Positions 37,698 through 49,791 of a stretch of 64,000 nucleotides of DNA are shown in pieces. A program made the position numbers and the translations under genes. The notes beneath the pieces are model-generated. The model was not told the origin of the DNA and made no database searches. It worked only from the letters and a program-made list of their open reading frames with translations. The first letter of the stretch is position 1. Every line of letters begins with the position of its first letter. The stretch is from Dethiobacter sp. (GTDB taxonomy: Bacteria > Bacillota > Dethiobacteria > Dethiobacterales > Dethiobacteraceae), in the NCBI GenBank assembly GCA_018335875.1, contig JAGXRN010000067.1, forward strand, positions 20,688 to 84,687, read 5' to 3'.

Positions 37698-39452
37698 ATG
37701 GGGAAAATTGTATTGCTTGACGATTCCACAGTGAATAAAATTGCGGCTGGCGAAGTGGTGGAAAGGCCGGCAGCAGTGGTGAAGGAACTGATAGAGAACG
37801 CCATAGATGCAGGTGCTGCAAAGATTGATATCGCAGTGGCAGGCGGCGGCCTGGCAAGCATCCGTGTGGCCGATGACGGCACCGGAATAGCTCCAGAAGA
37901 TGTTCTCCTTGCATTGCAGCGGCACGCCACCAGTAAAATAAGCGAGGCCAGTGACCTTGCAACAGTACTGACTCTGGGGTTTCGCGGGGAGGCGCTGCCA
38001 AGTATTGCGTCGGTTTCGCGCCTGATACTTTCAACAAGGCAGGAGAGCGCCCTGGCTGGTACATTGGTAGAAATACACGGCGGCACCATTGTGCGGCACG
38101 GTGAGCACGGTTGCGCGGCGGGTACTGAAGTGCGTGTTGAGGACCTATTCTATAACACACCGGCACGCTTGAAATTTACTAAGAGCGAGGGAGCGGAGAC
38201 AGCTCGCATCACCGATACAGTGCAGCGCCTGGCGTTGGCTTCGCCGCAGATTTCTTTTTCACTGTCGGTAAATGACAGAAATGTCCTGACAACAGCGGGC
38301 AACACACAGCTCTTTGATGTCATCCACCAGGTATACGGGCGGGCGAACAGCCGCCTCTTTTTGCCGCTGAAGTGGCAGGGCCCGCTTCTTAGTGTAAGCG
38401 GCTATATTTCCCAACCGGCGCTGGCCAGGGCCAACAGGAATATGCAGTCTTTTTTCATTAACCGCAGGCATATACGTTCACCATTGTTAAGTGACGCGCT
38501 CCAGACAGCTTACCAGACACTCCTTCCCCGCAACCGTTTCCCGGCTGCTGTGCTTTTTATTGAGATTGATACAACTGAAGTAGACATCAACGTACACCCG
38601 TCTAAACGGGAAGTCCGCTTTTCCCGGGAGCGCGACGTCTACCGCCAGGTTCTGGCTGCAGCAAAGCAGTCGCTGCAGGCATCTTCGCTTGTAACTGAAC
38701 TGTCTCCGGTGTACAGCGCATACCCTGCCCGGCGCCAAAGTGAAGCAGCACAATTTTTCCCCGCAAAACTTTTTGAGCACGAGCAGAAACAGCATGCTTA
38801 CCATCCGGTTGGCGGACTGTCAGCAAGTCAGGAACAGCCAACACCTGAGCTCGAAAATTTTGATTTAAAGGAAAAGGATGCGTTTCCGCTCCTGCAGCCG
38901 GTGGGTCGTCTGAGTGATGGATATATCCTTGCCCAGTCTGAAAACAAGGATTTTTATATTATTGACCAGCATGCCGCCCACGAGCGAATACTGTTCGAAA
39001 TGTTCAGGCAGGACGTGGAGGGGGGCAATCTTCCGGTGCAGTCGATAATCCCACTGAAGTTGGAGCTTGATGCGATTACTGCCGGCGCGTTGACTGCAAA
39101 ACAAAAAATATTTGCCGACCTTGGATTAAATTTTGAAGTATTTGGCAATAATACCTTCATCCTGCGTACAGTACCATTATTTTACCGCGACTTCCTGAGC
39201 CAGGACAGTATCATGGAGCTTGTCAGTGCTGCCGGGAAAGAGCATGACAGGGCGTCAGTATTTGAAGAGACTCTTAAGATGATGGCCTGCAAGTCTGCGG
39301 CAAAGGCCAACGATACCCTGAGCGGGGAAGAGATGGCAAACCTGCTAAAAAACCTGCGCTCCACCCACCGTCCTTATACCTGCCCTCACGGGCGCCCCAC
39401 GGTACTTGTCTTTACAAGAGCGGCAGTGGACAGCCACTTTCGGAGACGTTAA
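37698..39452 (+). CDS. mutL: DNA mismatch repair protein MutL
   Basis: NKIAAGEVVERPAAVVKELIENAIDAG and FRGEAL; the C-terminus carries the DQHAAHERI endonuclease motif. Confidence 0.97.
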   Translation: MGKIVLLDDSTVNKIAAGEVVERPAAVVKELIENAIDAGAAKIDIAVAGGGLASIRVADDGTGIAPEDVLLALQRHATSKISEASDLATVLTLGFRGEALPSIASVSRLILSTRQESALAGTLVEIHGGTIVRHGEHGCAAGTEVRVEDLFYNTPARLKFTKSEGAETARITDTVQRLALASPQISFSLSVNDRNVLTTAGNTQLFDVIHQVYGRANSRLFLPLKWQGPLLSVSGYISQPALARANRNMQSFFINRRHIRSPLLSDALQTAYQTLLPRNRFPAAVLFIEIDTTEVDINVHPSKREVRFSRERDVYRQVLAAAKQSLQASSLVTELSPVYSAYPARRQSEAAQFFPAKLFEHEQKQHAYHPVGGLSASQEQPTPELENFDLKEKDAFPLLQPVGRLSDGYILAQSENKDFYIIDQHAAHERILFEMFRQDVEGGNLPVQSIIPLKLELDAITAGALTAKQKIFADLGLNFEVFGNNTFILRTVPLFYRDFLSQDSIMELVSAAGKEHDRASVFEETLKMMACKSAAKANDTLSGEEMANLLKNLRSTHRPYTCPHGRPTVLVFTRAAVDSHFRRR

Positions 39453-39453
39453 T

Positions 39454-40395
39454 ATGGGCGAGTTAGTTGTGATTGTCGGCCCTACCGCCGTGGGGAAATC
39501 AGATGCTGCAATACACGTGGCACAAAAGATGGGTGGGGAAATTGTATCCGCCGACTCTGTCCAGGTATTTCGCGGACTTGATATCGGCACGGCTAAGCCA
39601 TCTTTGGCAGAACAGATGTCAGTGCCGCACCATATGATTGATGTTGCAGAACCGAATCAGGATTACACAGTAGCTGACTTTCAGCGTGACGCGCGTGCTG
39701 TCATTGCTGATATTCATAAGCGAAAACGCCTGCCCATTCTGGTAGGTGGTTCCGGACTTTATGTGAGGTCGGTTGTGCAGAACTACTCTTTTACTGCAAG
39801 CGGGCAGAATAATGATATCAGACGTAGTTTAAGCGAGTCGGCAAAGCAGTACGGCCTCTTGTGCCTCTATCAGAAACTGCAGGAAGTTGACCCGCTGACC
39901 GCAACTAAAGTCCACCCGCGTGACCAGCGCCGTATCATCAGAGCGCTTGAAGTGTATGAGCAAAACAGGCGGCCGCTGTCAGAGCAGATTGAGAAGACAA
40001 GAAGCAGCGCCTCCCGTTACAGGCTGTTTATGTATGGGCTCACGATGCCGCGTCAGCTTCTTTACCAAAAGATTGAGGAACGCACAGACAAAATGATTGC
40101 TGCAGGGCTTGTGGACGAGGTGAAGCGATTGTTGGCAGAGGGCTGTTCGCCGTCTGACAAGGCGCTGACAAGCATTGGTTACAGGCATATAGTTTCATTC
40201 CTGAGAGGAGAAAGCACTTTTGAGCAGGCAGTGCAACTCCTGAAGCGTGATACACGCCGCTTTGCCAAGAGACAGCTGACCTGGTTTGCCCGTGACAGTG
40301 AGATAACATGGTTTGACGTAAGCGCGGCAGGCGGCGCCGGGGCGGCAGCGGAAAATATTTGCAATTTATTGGCAGGATATTACCAATTAAAATAG
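39454..40395 (+). CDS. miaA: tRNA dimethylallyltransferase
   Basis: VVIVGPTAVGKS P-loop, plus VGGSGLY. Confidence 0.95.
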   Translation: MGELVVIVGPTAVGKSDAAIHVAQKMGGEIVSADSVQVFRGLDIGTAKPSLAEQMSVPHHMIDVAEPNQDYTVADFQRDARAVIADIHKRKRLPILVGGSGLYVRSVVQNYSFTASGQNNDIRRSLSESAKQYGLLCLYQKLQEVDPLTATKVHPRDQRRIIRALEVYEQNRRPLSEQIEKTRSSASRYRLFMYGLTMPRQLLYQKIEERTDKMIAAGLVDEVKRLLAEGCSPSDKALTSIGYRHIVSFLRGESTFEQAVQLLKRDTRRFAKRQLTWFARDSEITWFDVSAAGGAGAAAENICNLLAGYYQLK

Positions 40396-40432
40396 AATAA
40401 ATAAATAGTTAAACAATTCTGGAGGGATCGGC

Positions 40433-40666
40433 ATGAACAAAGTAACTGTCAACTTACAGGACAACTTCTTAAACATTGCACGGAAAGAGGATATGATGTT
40501 AACCGTTTTTCTTGTCAACGGTTATCAGATTAAAGGGACCGTGCGCAGCTTCGACAACTTTACAATTTTACTTAACGTCGATAATAAACAGCAGTTGGTA
40601 TATAAGCATGCCGTTTCGACGATTATCCCTTTTCGTAATTTCAATTTAAATCAGACAACTGAATAA
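40433..40666 (+). CDS. hfq: RNA chaperone Hfq
   Basis: [42 protein letters not shown] covers Sm1 and Sm2. Confidence 0.95.
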   Translation: MNKVTVNLQDNFLNIARKEDMMLTVFLVNGYQIKGTVRSFDNFTILLNVDNKQQLVYKHAVSTIIPFRNFNLNQTTE

Positions 40667-40813
40667 CAATTCCACGAATAAGTATACGGATAAATAGTCT
40701 AAAGAATAAAAAGGCAGCACGGGACTGAAGCTTTTGCTTCTGCCTCGTAACTGTCTTTTTTTTGTTCACTTTTTAGCGCAGAGCATATAATGGTCTTATG
40801 GGGGAGGGGAATC

Positions 40814-41818
40814 ATGAAAAAGTCAGTACGGCAGAGCTTCATCTACAGTCCGGGAGATTTGGAGATGAAGCGCAGGCTCGAGGAAGGAAGCCTTTCAGTA
40901 AACGGCGCTATCTCGCTCCTTAGCAGGGTGGAGAGTGAAGCACAGCTGCCGGACACTCACAGCATCAGTGAACAGAACATACAGTCTATTATGCGTGAAG
41001 TGGACGGCCTTGTGGGTTTAAGTAAAGTCAAAGGGCTGATTAAGGAAATCAGGGCCTTCGTGGAAATTTCACAGCGCCGGCGTCAGCACCAGTTAAAGAG
41101 TGACGGACTAGTCCTGCACATGGTTTTTAAAGGGAACCCTGGCACGGGTAAGACAACCATGGCGAGAATATTGGGCAAACTGCTGTGCGAGCTTCATGTC
41201 CTCCCCAAGGGCCACCTGGTAGAAGTGGAAAGGGCGGACCTTGTCGGGGAGTATATCGGGCACACTGCGCAAAAAACCAGGGAACAAGTTAAGAAAGCTA
41301 TGGGGGGCATTCTTTTTATTGATGAGGCATATTCATTAGCACGGGGGGGAGAAAAAGATTTCGGCAAAGAAGCCATAGACACACTGGTCAAAGCCATGGA
41401 AGATTACAAAAACCAGTTTATACTTATCCTTGCGGGATACCGCCTGGAGATGGAAATTTTTATGCGTTCAAACCCCGGCCTGCGCTCCCGCTTTCCTATC
41501 CAGATAAGTTTTCCTGATTACAGCAGTGAAGAACTGCTGGAAATAGCATTTTTAATGTTGCGTGAACGCCAGTACCGCCTATCCGGGCAGGCACGCGAGT
41601 ACTTAGCAATTTATCTGCAGGAGAAGGCAGGAGAAAAGGGAGTAAATTTCAGCAACGCGAGACTTGTGAGAAACCTTTTAGAGCTAGCCATCAGGCGGCA
41701 GGCGTTGCGCCTTGTGGAAAACAAAGCCTGCAGCCGTGAGGAATTAATGCTGATTGACAGGGACGATCTGACACCTGAGGAAGGTGACGGTGGTGAAGAA
41801 TGGATTAGTGCTTGGTAA
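40814..41818 (+). CDS. spoVK: Stage V sporulation protein K-like AAA+ ATPase
   Basis: GNPGTGKTT Walker A, ILFIDEAY Walker B, and the SpoVK/CbbX-type layout. Confidence 0.85.
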   Translation: MKKSVRQSFIYSPGDLEMKRRLEEGSLSVNGAISLLSRVESEAQLPDTHSISEQNIQSIMREVDGLVGLSKVKGLIKEIRAFVEISQRRRQHQLKSDGLVLHMVFKGNPGTGKTTMARILGKLLCELHVLPKGHLVEVERADLVGEYIGHTAQKTREQVKKAMGGILFIDEAYSLARGGEKDFGKEAIDTLVKAMEDYKNQFILILAGYRLEMEIFMRSNPGLRSRFPIQISFPDYSSEELLEIAFLMLRERQYRLSGQAREYLAIYLQEKAGEKGVNFSNARLVRNLLELAIRRQALRLVENKACSREELMLIDRDDLTPEEGDGGEEWISAW

Positions 41819-42401
41819 ACCCAATGCAGGCAAAACACTATTTATTATAAATTTTGCCGGCTTTCTTGGCTTGCGCGGCCTCCGGGCCGATGTGACAGGG
41901 GTTGACGGCTATACCCGCCGGGTAACCCTTTCACTGGAACAGGCAAAAAGAGAGTGGGTGTCGCAGCGGCCGCACAAAACACGACAGCTATACAGGGTAC
42001 ACCTGCTGCTGCCTAAAGGAAAAGGGAAAAAGCAGCTCACTCTGACGGACAGCACAGGTCTTTTGGAAGGAATACCTGGGGATCCGGAACTGCGCAGAGC
42101 AATCGGCCAGACTCTGCTCACAGTGCGCCAGGCAGACTTTATAATACATATAGTAGACGCTTCTCAAGCAGTGACAAATGACTGGGTGCTATCGCCGGGT
42201 GAGGTTGATATGCAACTGGCCCGGTATGGACGCTTCAGGCGTAATTATCTGATGTTGGCCAACAAAATGGACCTTCCCGCGGCTGCGCATGGTTTGGAGA
42301 CGCTGCAAAAAACTTTTGCCGGGACTGCTATCCTTCCTGTAAGCGCTCTGCAAAAAACAGGATTTATCGAGGTGAGGGATTATATACGCAGCTATTTTTA
42401 A
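41784..42401 (+). CDS. Small P-loop GTPase-like protein
   Basis: GKPNAGKT (G1), DSTG (G3), NKMD (G4) and SAL (G5). GTG start overlaps the spoVK 3' end. Confidence 0.7.
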   Translation: MTVVKNGLVLGKPNAGKTLFIINFAGFLGLRGLRADVTGVDGYTRRVTLSLEQAKREWVSQRPHKTRQLYRVHLLLPKGKGKKQLTLTDSTGLLEGIPGDPELRRAIGQTLLTVRQADFIIHIVDASQAVTNDWVLSPGEVDMQLARYGRFRRNYLMLANKMDLPAAAHGLETLQKTFAGTAILPVSALQKTGFIEVRDYIRSYF

Positions 42402-42405
42402 AGAT

Positions 42406-42939
42406 GTGTGCGGTATCATTCTCTCCGGCTCGGCAATAAAACTGCTAGACAACCTGCTGGACGGCGACACTCTCTTGCCGCCGGAAAAAAGGCTGAATTT
42501 GACAGCTTATACCATCTTATTTCTGGCAATGGGCACAGCGCTTTCTCCTTCTTATGCCGCAGCCCTTTTTCTGGCAGCATACGCGGTAGGGATGGTGAAA
42601 GCCGGAGATGATATTTTCCCACTGGGTTTCGGCAGCATGGAGTCTGCTGCAATTTTATTGTTTTCCTTGTTGTTTATAGGCGGCAGGACTTTTCTTTTCT
42701 CTTTGGCTGTAATGATGGCAGTGCAGCTTGCCGATGACCTGGCAGATGTAAGGCGGGATAAATTGCATGGACAGGATAACCTGGCGGTGAGATTTGGCAC
42801 GGTTGAAGCAGTGCTGGCGCTTTTGATAACATCCTTGTCGGCGCTGACACTTGATGCGGTGGGCACAGTACTTGTAATTGCGTCTGTGCCGGTTTCGCTT
42901 TGCATAGCCACTATGTTTGAAAGGAAAATGTTATGCTGA
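42406..42939 (+). CDS. Hypothetical membrane protein with two Asp-rich motifs
   Basis: About 5 TM segments. LDNLLDGD and LADDLADVRRD are reminiscent of UbiA-type prenyltransferase motifs, but 177 aa is far too short for a standard UbiA enzyme. Confidence 0.5.
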   Translation: MCGIILSGSAIKLLDNLLDGDTLLPPEKRLNLTAYTILFLAMGTALSPSYAAALFLAAYAVGMVKAGDDIFPLGFGSMESAAILLFSLLFIGGRTFLFSLAVMMAVQLADDLADVRRDKLHGQDNLAVRFGTVEAVLALLITSLSALTLDAVGTVLVIASVPVSLCIATMFERKMLC

Positions 42940-43178
42940 CAAAACTTATATTCCTGTTATGCCTGCTGCTTGCAGGTTACTTCGCGGGAAGAAGGACAGG
43001 ACTGGTTGAAGGCGCCAGGCATGGCCTTAAAGTCGCCCGCCTTGAACTGCTTGGAGAGTCGCTTGACTTGGGCGAGTGCCTTCTTTGCAGGCGTAAATTC
43101 AGCAGAGAAGAGGAGTACAGCATCAATACGCAGCAGGCAGCAGTGACAGACAGCAGTGGCAGTGACAATAATTGCTAA
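42933..43178 (+). CDS. Hypothetical small membrane-anchored protein (81 aa)
   Basis: N-terminal TM helix, and the start overlaps the preceding gene. No motif recognised. Confidence 0.35.
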   Translation: MLTKLIFLLCLLLAGYFAGRRTGLVEGARHGLKVARLELLGESLDLGECLLCRRKFSREEEYSINTQQAAVTDSSGSDNNC

Positions 43179-43223
43179 GCCTCCCGCTTTTTGATACAAT
43201 AGAAGTGAGAGGCAGGGTCAACG

Positions 43224-44492
43224 ATGGAAAAAGCAATCCTGGCAGGACTTGAAACACCCAAAATGGAATGGGATATCGACGAGACAATGCGTGAGTTGGT
43301 AAAGCTTGCGGAAACGGCAGGGGCACAGTCCGTGGCGGAAACGGTGCAGAAAAGGCCGTTATCGGACCGGGCTTTTTATATGGGCAGGGGAAAAGTCGAT
43401 GAAATTAAAATATTAGTCTCGGAGCTGGAGGCAGACCTCGTCATATTCAACGACGAGCTTTCGCCCACACAGACTAGAAACCTGGAAAAGATGATTGGTG
43501 TCCGTGTCATTGACCGTACGGCACTGATTCTTGACATTTTTGCTCAGAGGGCACGCACCAGGGAAGGAAAACTGCAGGTGGAACTTGCGCAGCTCAGTTA
43601 TATGCTGCCGAGATTGGCAGGTCGGGGAGAAGAGCTCTCACGGCTCGGTGGCGGCATAGGAACCCGGGGCCCCGGTGAAACAAAGCTGGAGACAGACAGA
43701 AGGACCATTCGCAAACGCATTGCCGACCTGAAAAAAGAAATTGAGGAAATCAGAAGACACAGAAGCCTTCACCGTAAGGCCAGGAAAGCCATACCTCTGC
43801 AGGTGGTAACACTTGTAGGCTATACCAACTCAGGCAAATCAACATTACTGAATGCGCTGACTGAGGCCGGTGTGTTTACAGAGGACAAGCTGTTTGCCAC
43901 CCTTGACCCTACTACAAGAAAAGTTAAGCTGCCGGGCGGCAGAACCTTTCTGCTGACTGATACGGTGGGTTTTATTCAGAAGCTGCCTCATCACCTGGTG
44001 GCCGCTTTCAGAGCAACGCTGGAGGAAGTGCTGGAAGCAGATTTGCTTCTGCATGTGGTGGATGCTTCCCACCCTCTGACAGGGGAACAAATGGCGGTTG
44101 TGAGCACTATCTTAAATGACCTGGAGGCCTCATCTCGTCCAGTGCTCATGGTGTTTAATAAAATGGACCTTCCCGAAAGCAACAAAGCACTGCAGTTGCT
44201 TTCATCAGGGTGCAGGGGCATGGCCGCTGTATCAGCTCAAAACCGGCAGGGGCTTGATAAACTGTTGGCTCAGATAGACGCGATTCTGCGTGAGAACTAC
44301 ATTCACCTGGAACTGACCATTCCTTACGGCAGTGAATCGCTTCTGGCAACCATACGCAGGTATGGCAAAATTGAAAAAATTGAATACCTGCCCGAGGCGA
44401 CGCAGGTTTTGGCTGTACTGCCCGCAGTCCGGGCCCATAGTATAAAGAAGATGCTGGCAAAAGAAATGGATGGTGTGGTTGGTGAATTATAG
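43224..44492 (+). CDS. hflX: GTPase HflX
   Basis: HflX N-terminal domain ([20 protein letters not shown]), then [14 protein letters not shown] and NKMD. Confidence 0.95.
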   Translation: MEKAILAGLETPKMEWDIDETMRELVKLAETAGAQSVAETVQKRPLSDRAFYMGRGKVDEIKILVSELEADLVIFNDELSPTQTRNLEKMIGVRVIDRTALILDIFAQRARTREGKLQVELAQLSYMLPRLAGRGEELSRLGGGIGTRGPGETKLETDRRTIRKRIADLKKEIEEIRRHRSLHRKARKAIPLQVVTLVGYTNSGKSTLLNALTEAGVFTEDKLFATLDPTTRKVKLPGGRTFLLTDTVGFIQKLPHHLVAAFRATLEEVLEADLLLHVVDASHPLTGEQMAVVSTILNDLEASSRPVLMVFNKMDLPESNKALQLLSSGCRGMAAVSAQNRQGLDKLLAQIDAILRENYIHLELTIPYGSESLLATIRRYGKIEKIEYLPEATQVLAVLPAVRAHSIKKMLAKEMDGVVGEL

Positions 44493-45729
44493 AGAATTGC
44501 TTAAACAGTGCAGTAAATTCAGAGCTGTGGAAAACAGCATTTCTCCGCAGCTGCGCCGGATTGAAAATATTGTACTAACAAACCAGGCCAGGGTTCTCAC
44601 TGCATTTCAGGAGCAGCGCGTTGATGAAACATGCTTCTATGATTCCACGGGCTATGGTTATAACGACCTTGGCAGAGAGAAGCTCGATTCACTTTTTGCC
44701 CTTGTCTTTGGAGGTGAAGCGGGACTTGTAAGGCCTCAGTTCGTTTCAGGCACACATGCCATTGCATCCTGCCTGTTCGGGATTTTACGCCCGGGAGACA
44801 GGATTGTTTCAATGACCGGCAAACCTTATGATACACTGCAAAAAACTATCGGTCTCGCAGGGTCATCACCGGACAGCCTGCTTGGCCAGGGTATCCTTTA
44901 CAGTGAGGCTGACTTGTGCGGCGGCATAAATGATGAAGTATTGGACAGGGTGTTGGATAAAAAAACAGGTGTTGTGTTTATCCAGCGTTCACGCGGTTAT
45001 AGCGAACGCCGCTCACTGACAGTAGAAGACATTGCTGCCATGGTAAAAGCAGTAAAAAGCCGCATCCCCGAAACAGTGGTTCTTGTGGACAACTGTTATG
45101 GCGAGTTTGTACAAGAACTTGAACCATGCCATGTCGGCGCCGATTTGGTAGCTGGGTCGCTGATAAAAAATCCGGGAGCGGGGCTGGCACCCGGCGGCGG
45201 GTATGTAGTGGGACGTGCCGACCTGGTGGAGAGGGCTGCATGGCGATTAACAGCGCCCGGACTTGGCGCAGGTATTGGCTGCATGACAGGAGTGAAAAGG
45301 CAGCTCTTCCAGGGACTGTTTCTCGCGCCGCACCAGGTGGGCGAATCACTCAAAGGCATGACACTGGCCGCCGCTCTTTTTGCCCGCCTTGGCTTTACTG
45401 TAAGCCCCCACTGGCACGAAAAGAGAGGCGATACTGTGCAGTCTGTGCGCCTTGGGGACCCGCAGCTGCTTAAGAAGTTTTGCCAGGCTATCCAGGCTGC
45501 TTCACCTGTTGACAGCTATGTTGCCCCGCAGGCTGCGCCCATGGTGGGGTACAGCGACAATATAATCATGGCTGCCGGCACATTCGTGCAGGGCTCCAGC
45601 AGCGAATTCTCTGCCGATGCCCCGCTGCGCCCTCCTTTTACTGTCTTTATACAGGGAGGACTCACCTTTGAACACGTCAAACTGGCGCTTTCTGCAGTGA
45701 TGGTTGAACTGGGGCTTGAAATCAGTTAG
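44470..45729 (+). CDS. YnbB-like PLP-dependent enzyme (Cys/Met metabolism / aluminium-resistance family)
   Basis: [18 protein letters not shown] and [16 protein letters not shown]. Its position between hflX and glnA matches B. subtilis ynbB. Confidence 0.8.
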   Translation: MVWLVNYRELLKQCSKFRAVENSISPQLRRIENIVLTNQARVLTAFQEQRVDETCFYDSTGYGYNDLGREKLDSLFALVFGGEAGLVRPQFVSGTHAIASCLFGILRPGDRIVSMTGKPYDTLQKTIGLAGSSPDSLLGQGILYSEADLCGGINDEVLDRVLDKKTGVVFIQRSRGYSERRSLTVEDIAAMVKAVKSRIPETVVLVDNCYGEFVQELEPCHVGADLVAGSLIKNPGAGLAPGGGYVVGRADLVERAAWRLTAPGLGAGIGCMTGVKRQLFQGLFLAPHQVGESLKGMTLAAALFARLGFTVSPHWHEKRGDTVQSVRLGDPQLLKKFCQAIQAASPVDSYVAPQAAPMVGYSDNIIMAAGTFVQGSSSEFSADAPLRPPFTVFIQGGLTFEHVKLALSAVMVELGLEIS

Positions 45730-45735
45730 TGTTTC

Positions 45736-45765
45736 TTGACAGTATTCCTTATATAAGGATATAAT
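45736..45765 (+). promoter_or_regulatory. Candidate glnA promoter with embedded 12-nt palindrome
   Basis: TTGACA (45736-45741), 18 nt spacer, TATAAT (45760-45765). The perfect palindrome CCTTATATAAGG (45747-45758) sits in the spacer. Confidence 0.5.
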
Positions 45766-45808
45766 TTTATTTGTTACATCTTAATCGGGATAAAAAGGGG
45801 AATATAGT

Positions 45809-47137
45809 ATGGGTAATAACAGGGAGGACATAATTAATTTTGTCAGGGAGTTGAAAATTAAATTTATCAGGCTCCAATTCTCTGATGTGTTGGGAATCAG
45901 TAAGAATGTGGCTATCCCCGTACAGCAGCTGGAAAAAGCTTTAGACGGCGAGCTCATGTTTGACGGCTCAGCAATTGAAGGATTTGTGCGCATCGAAGAA
46001 TCAGACATGTACCTGCGGCCTGACCCAAATACATTTGCAGTATTCCCCTGGAATAGCATGGAAGGCGCCACAGCACGCCTGATCTGTGACATCTATAACC
46101 CTGACGGCTCTCCGTTTGGAGGCTGCCCGCGCTACGCGCTGCGCAGGGCCATTGCTGATGCCGCGTCCATGGGTTATGAAATGAACGCCGGGCCGGAAGC
46201 AGAGTTTTTCCTGTTTCTAAAGGATGAAAACGGCGTGGCCACCACAGACACGCATGACCAGGGCAGCTATTTTGATTTAATGCCCGTGGACATGGGTGAA
46301 AACGCCAGGCGCGATATGGTCCTTACCCTGCAGGAGATGGGCTTTGAAGTAGAAGCATCTCATCACGAAGTTGCGCCCGGCCAGCATGAAATTGCCTTCA
46401 AATACGCCGATGCCCTTACCACGGCGGACAATATAGCTACCTTCAAACTGGTGGTACGCACAGTTGCCATGCAGCACAATCTCCATGCCACCTTCATGCC
46501 AAAGCCGATTTTTGGCATTGCCGGTTCAGGGATGCATACCCACCAATCTTTGTTCAAAGATGGAAAGAACGCATTCTACGATCCTCAGAACCCCACAGGG
46601 GTCTCAAATGTGGCCCGACATTACATTGCCGGGCTGATAGAACATGTCAAGGGATTTACAGCTGTGACCAACCCGCTTGTCAACTCTTACAAGCGCCTTG
46701 TACCCGGCTACGAGGCTCCTGTCTATATCGCCTGGAGTGAGCGCAATCGCAGCCCTCTTATCCGCATCCCCGCCCGGCGTGGGGTGGGCACACGCATCGA
46801 ACTACGCAGCCCTGACCCATCCTGTAACCCTTATCTGGCGCTGGCAGTGACTCTGGCATGCGGCCTGGACGGCATACGCAGGAAGCTTGACCCCCCGGCT
46901 CCTGTCAATCCAAATATTTATGACATGACCGAGGCAGAAAGGCTGGCTCACGGCATTGATACACTGCCGCTTACATTGGGTGATGCCATAAAGGAAATGA
47001 TAAATGACGATGTGGTGCGTAGAGCACTTGGCGAGCATATATTTGACCGTTTTCTGGCAGCAAAAAGAATTGAGTGGAGCCGCTACCGCACCCAGGTTCA
47101 TAAATGGGAGCTTGATCAATACCTGACAGTATTTTAA
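45809..47137 (+). CDS. glnA: Glutamine synthetase type I
   Basis: [17 protein letters not shown] and NPYLA motifs. Length is 442 aa. Confidence 0.97.
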   Translation: MGNNREDIINFVRELKIKFIRLQFSDVLGISKNVAIPVQQLEKALDGELMFDGSAIEGFVRIEESDMYLRPDPNTFAVFPWNSMEGATARLICDIYNPDGSPFGGCPRYALRRAIADAASMGYEMNAGPEAEFFLFLKDENGVATTDTHDQGSYFDLMPVDMGENARRDMVLTLQEMGFEVEASHHEVAPGQHEIAFKYADALTTADNIATFKLVVRTVAMQHNLHATFMPKPIFGIAGSGMHTHQSLFKDGKNAFYDPQNPTGVSNVARHYIAGLIEHVKGFTAVTNPLVNSYKRLVPGYEAPVYIAWSERNRSPLIRIPARRGVGTRIELRSPDPSCNPYLALAVTLACGLDGIRRKLDPPAPVNPNIYDMTEAERLAHGIDTLPLTLGDAIKEMINDDVVRRALGEHIFDRFLAAKRIEWSRYRTQVHKWELDQYLTVF

Positions 47138-47141
47138 CCGG

Positions 47142-47170
47142 CAGCCCGCATTGTGCGGGCTGTGTTTCTG
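47142..47170 (+). terminator. Terminator after glnA
   Basis: CAGCCCGCA (47142-47150) / TGCGGGCTG (47154-47162), then TGTTTCT. Confidence 0.6.
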
Positions 47171-47231
47171 CGTACATATTGACAACGCCAGTAATAAGAA
47201 GGAAATTTATAAGCTTAAACAGGAGTAATAT

Positions 47232-47900
47232 ATGACAAAACGCAGCGAAAAGGCAGGGCGAATCCTGGCTTCCCTTGCCAAAGATAATCCTGACCCTCTT
47301 ACTGAGTTGAAGTTTAAAACACCGTGGCAGCTGCTGGTGGCCACAATCCTATCTGCTCAATCCACCGACAGGCAGGTTAACAGGGTGACAGAACATCTCT
47401 TTAAAAAGTATCCCGGTCCGGCTGATATGGCTTTCCTGACGCCGGAGGAACTGGCCCTTGATATACAGGGTGTGGGGTTATTCAGAAATAAAAGCAGGCA
47501 CCTGGTGGCTACGGCCAGGGATGTAATGGAAAAATACAGCGGTGAAGTACCAGGCACGCTGGATGAGCTGCTAACACTGCCTGGCGTAGGGCGCAAGACT
47601 GCCAATGTTGTTTTAAGCAATGCTTTCGGCATTCCCGCCCTGGGTGTAGATACCCATGTTTTTCGTGTAGCCAACAGGATAGGCCTGGCCAGGGCTAAAA
47701 CGCCGGAGGAAACAGAAAAGCAACTGACAAGGGCCATACCGGTAAAATCATGGTCTCGTGCCCACCACTGGCTGATCCTGCACGGCCGCTATGTCTGCAT
47801 TGCCCGCAAGCCAAAGTGCCACACCTGTATCATAAGCGGCGACTGCGCCTATTACATGAAGTTCCAGAAACAAAACGCTGATTCGGAGGCATATACATGA
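47232..47900 (+). CDS. nth: Endonuclease III
   Basis: HhH-GPD motif LPGVGRKTANVVL, and Fe-S cluster motif CIARKPKCHTCIISGDC. Confidence 0.95.
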   Translation: MTKRSEKAGRILASLAKDNPDPLTELKFKTPWQLLVATILSAQSTDRQVNRVTEHLFKKYPGPADMAFLTPEELALDIQGVGLFRNKSRHLVATARDVMEKYSGEVPGTLDELLTLPGVGRKTANVVLSNAFGIPALGVDTHVFRVANRIGLARAKTPEETEKQLTRAIPVKSWSRAHHWLILHGRYVCIARKPKCHTCIISGDCAYYMKFQKQNADSEAYT

Positions 47901-48526
47901 GAACAATTCGCAGAATTTTTATTACAGGACTGGTAATCTCGCTGCCGGCCCTGATTACCATTTACATACTTGGTTTTACTTTTAATACGGTGGATTCGCT
48001 GTTTGGCAATTATATTGAACTCTACTTCGGGCGTACACTGCCCGGCCTCGGGTTTCTGGTCACTGTGACGGCAATCTTCTTGGTTGGCCTGGTGGCCACC
48101 AATGTCTTTGGGCACAGACTGATAAGAATGCTGGAGACATCATTTGCCAGGCTGCCGGTAATCAAGCCGGTGTATTCCGCCGCCCGGCAGATCATAGAAG
48201 CATTTTCCGCGCAGCGCCGCAGTTTGTTTCAATCAGTTGTAATGCTGGAATACCCGAAAAAAGGAATTTATGCCCTGGCTTTTATCACTGTGGAGGGGTC
48301 TGCAGAAATTCAAAGCAAAACAAAAGCTGATGTTGTCACAGTCTTTTTACCTACCACTCCAAACCCTACCTCCGGGTTCCTTTTGATGGTGCCGCGCAGT
48401 GACCTGATATTCATGGACATGTCGGTTGAAGAGGCGTTAAAACTTATTATCTCAGGTGGGGTTGTTGCTCCCCACTGGCCTCCGCAAAAAAACAACTGCA
48501 ATTCTTCTGATGCTGCCCCAAATTAA
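47897..48526 (+). CDS. DUF502-family membrane protein
   Basis: GLVISLPALITIY and PTTPNPTSGFL motifs. Confidence 0.8.
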   Translation: MRTIRRIFITGLVISLPALITIYILGFTFNTVDSLFGNYIELYFGRTLPGLGFLVTVTAIFLVGLVATNVFGHRLIRMLETSFARLPVIKPVYSAARQIIEAFSAQRRSLFQSVVMLEYPKKGIYALAFITVEGSAEIQSKTKADVVTVFLPTTPNPTSGFLLMVPRSDLIFMDMSVEEALKLIISGGVVAPHWPPQKNNCNSSDAAPN

Positions 48527-48532
48527 AAAGTT

Positions 48533-48559
48533 AAAAAACCGCATATGCGGGTTTTTTTT
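48533..48559 (+). terminator. Rho-independent terminator
   Basis: CCGCA-TA-TGCGG flanked by an A-run and T8, so it could act in both directions. Confidence 0.8.
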
Positions 48560-48609
48560 GATTCAGATAAGGAAATATTTTAAAGTGTGTTATTTTGCGG
48601 AGGATCCAT

Positions 48610-49791
<1,182 letters not shown>

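Noticed and set aside
35423-38166. Multiple 70-200-aa minus-strand ORFs within mutS and mutL
   Set aside because: All are antisense to unambiguous MutS and MutL coding sequence.
40712-40760. Possible terminator after hfq
   Set aside because: The stem (AGGCAG..CTGCCT with inner GAAGC/GCTTC) is imperfect and is separated from the T-run by about 10 nt. That is too weak to call confidently.
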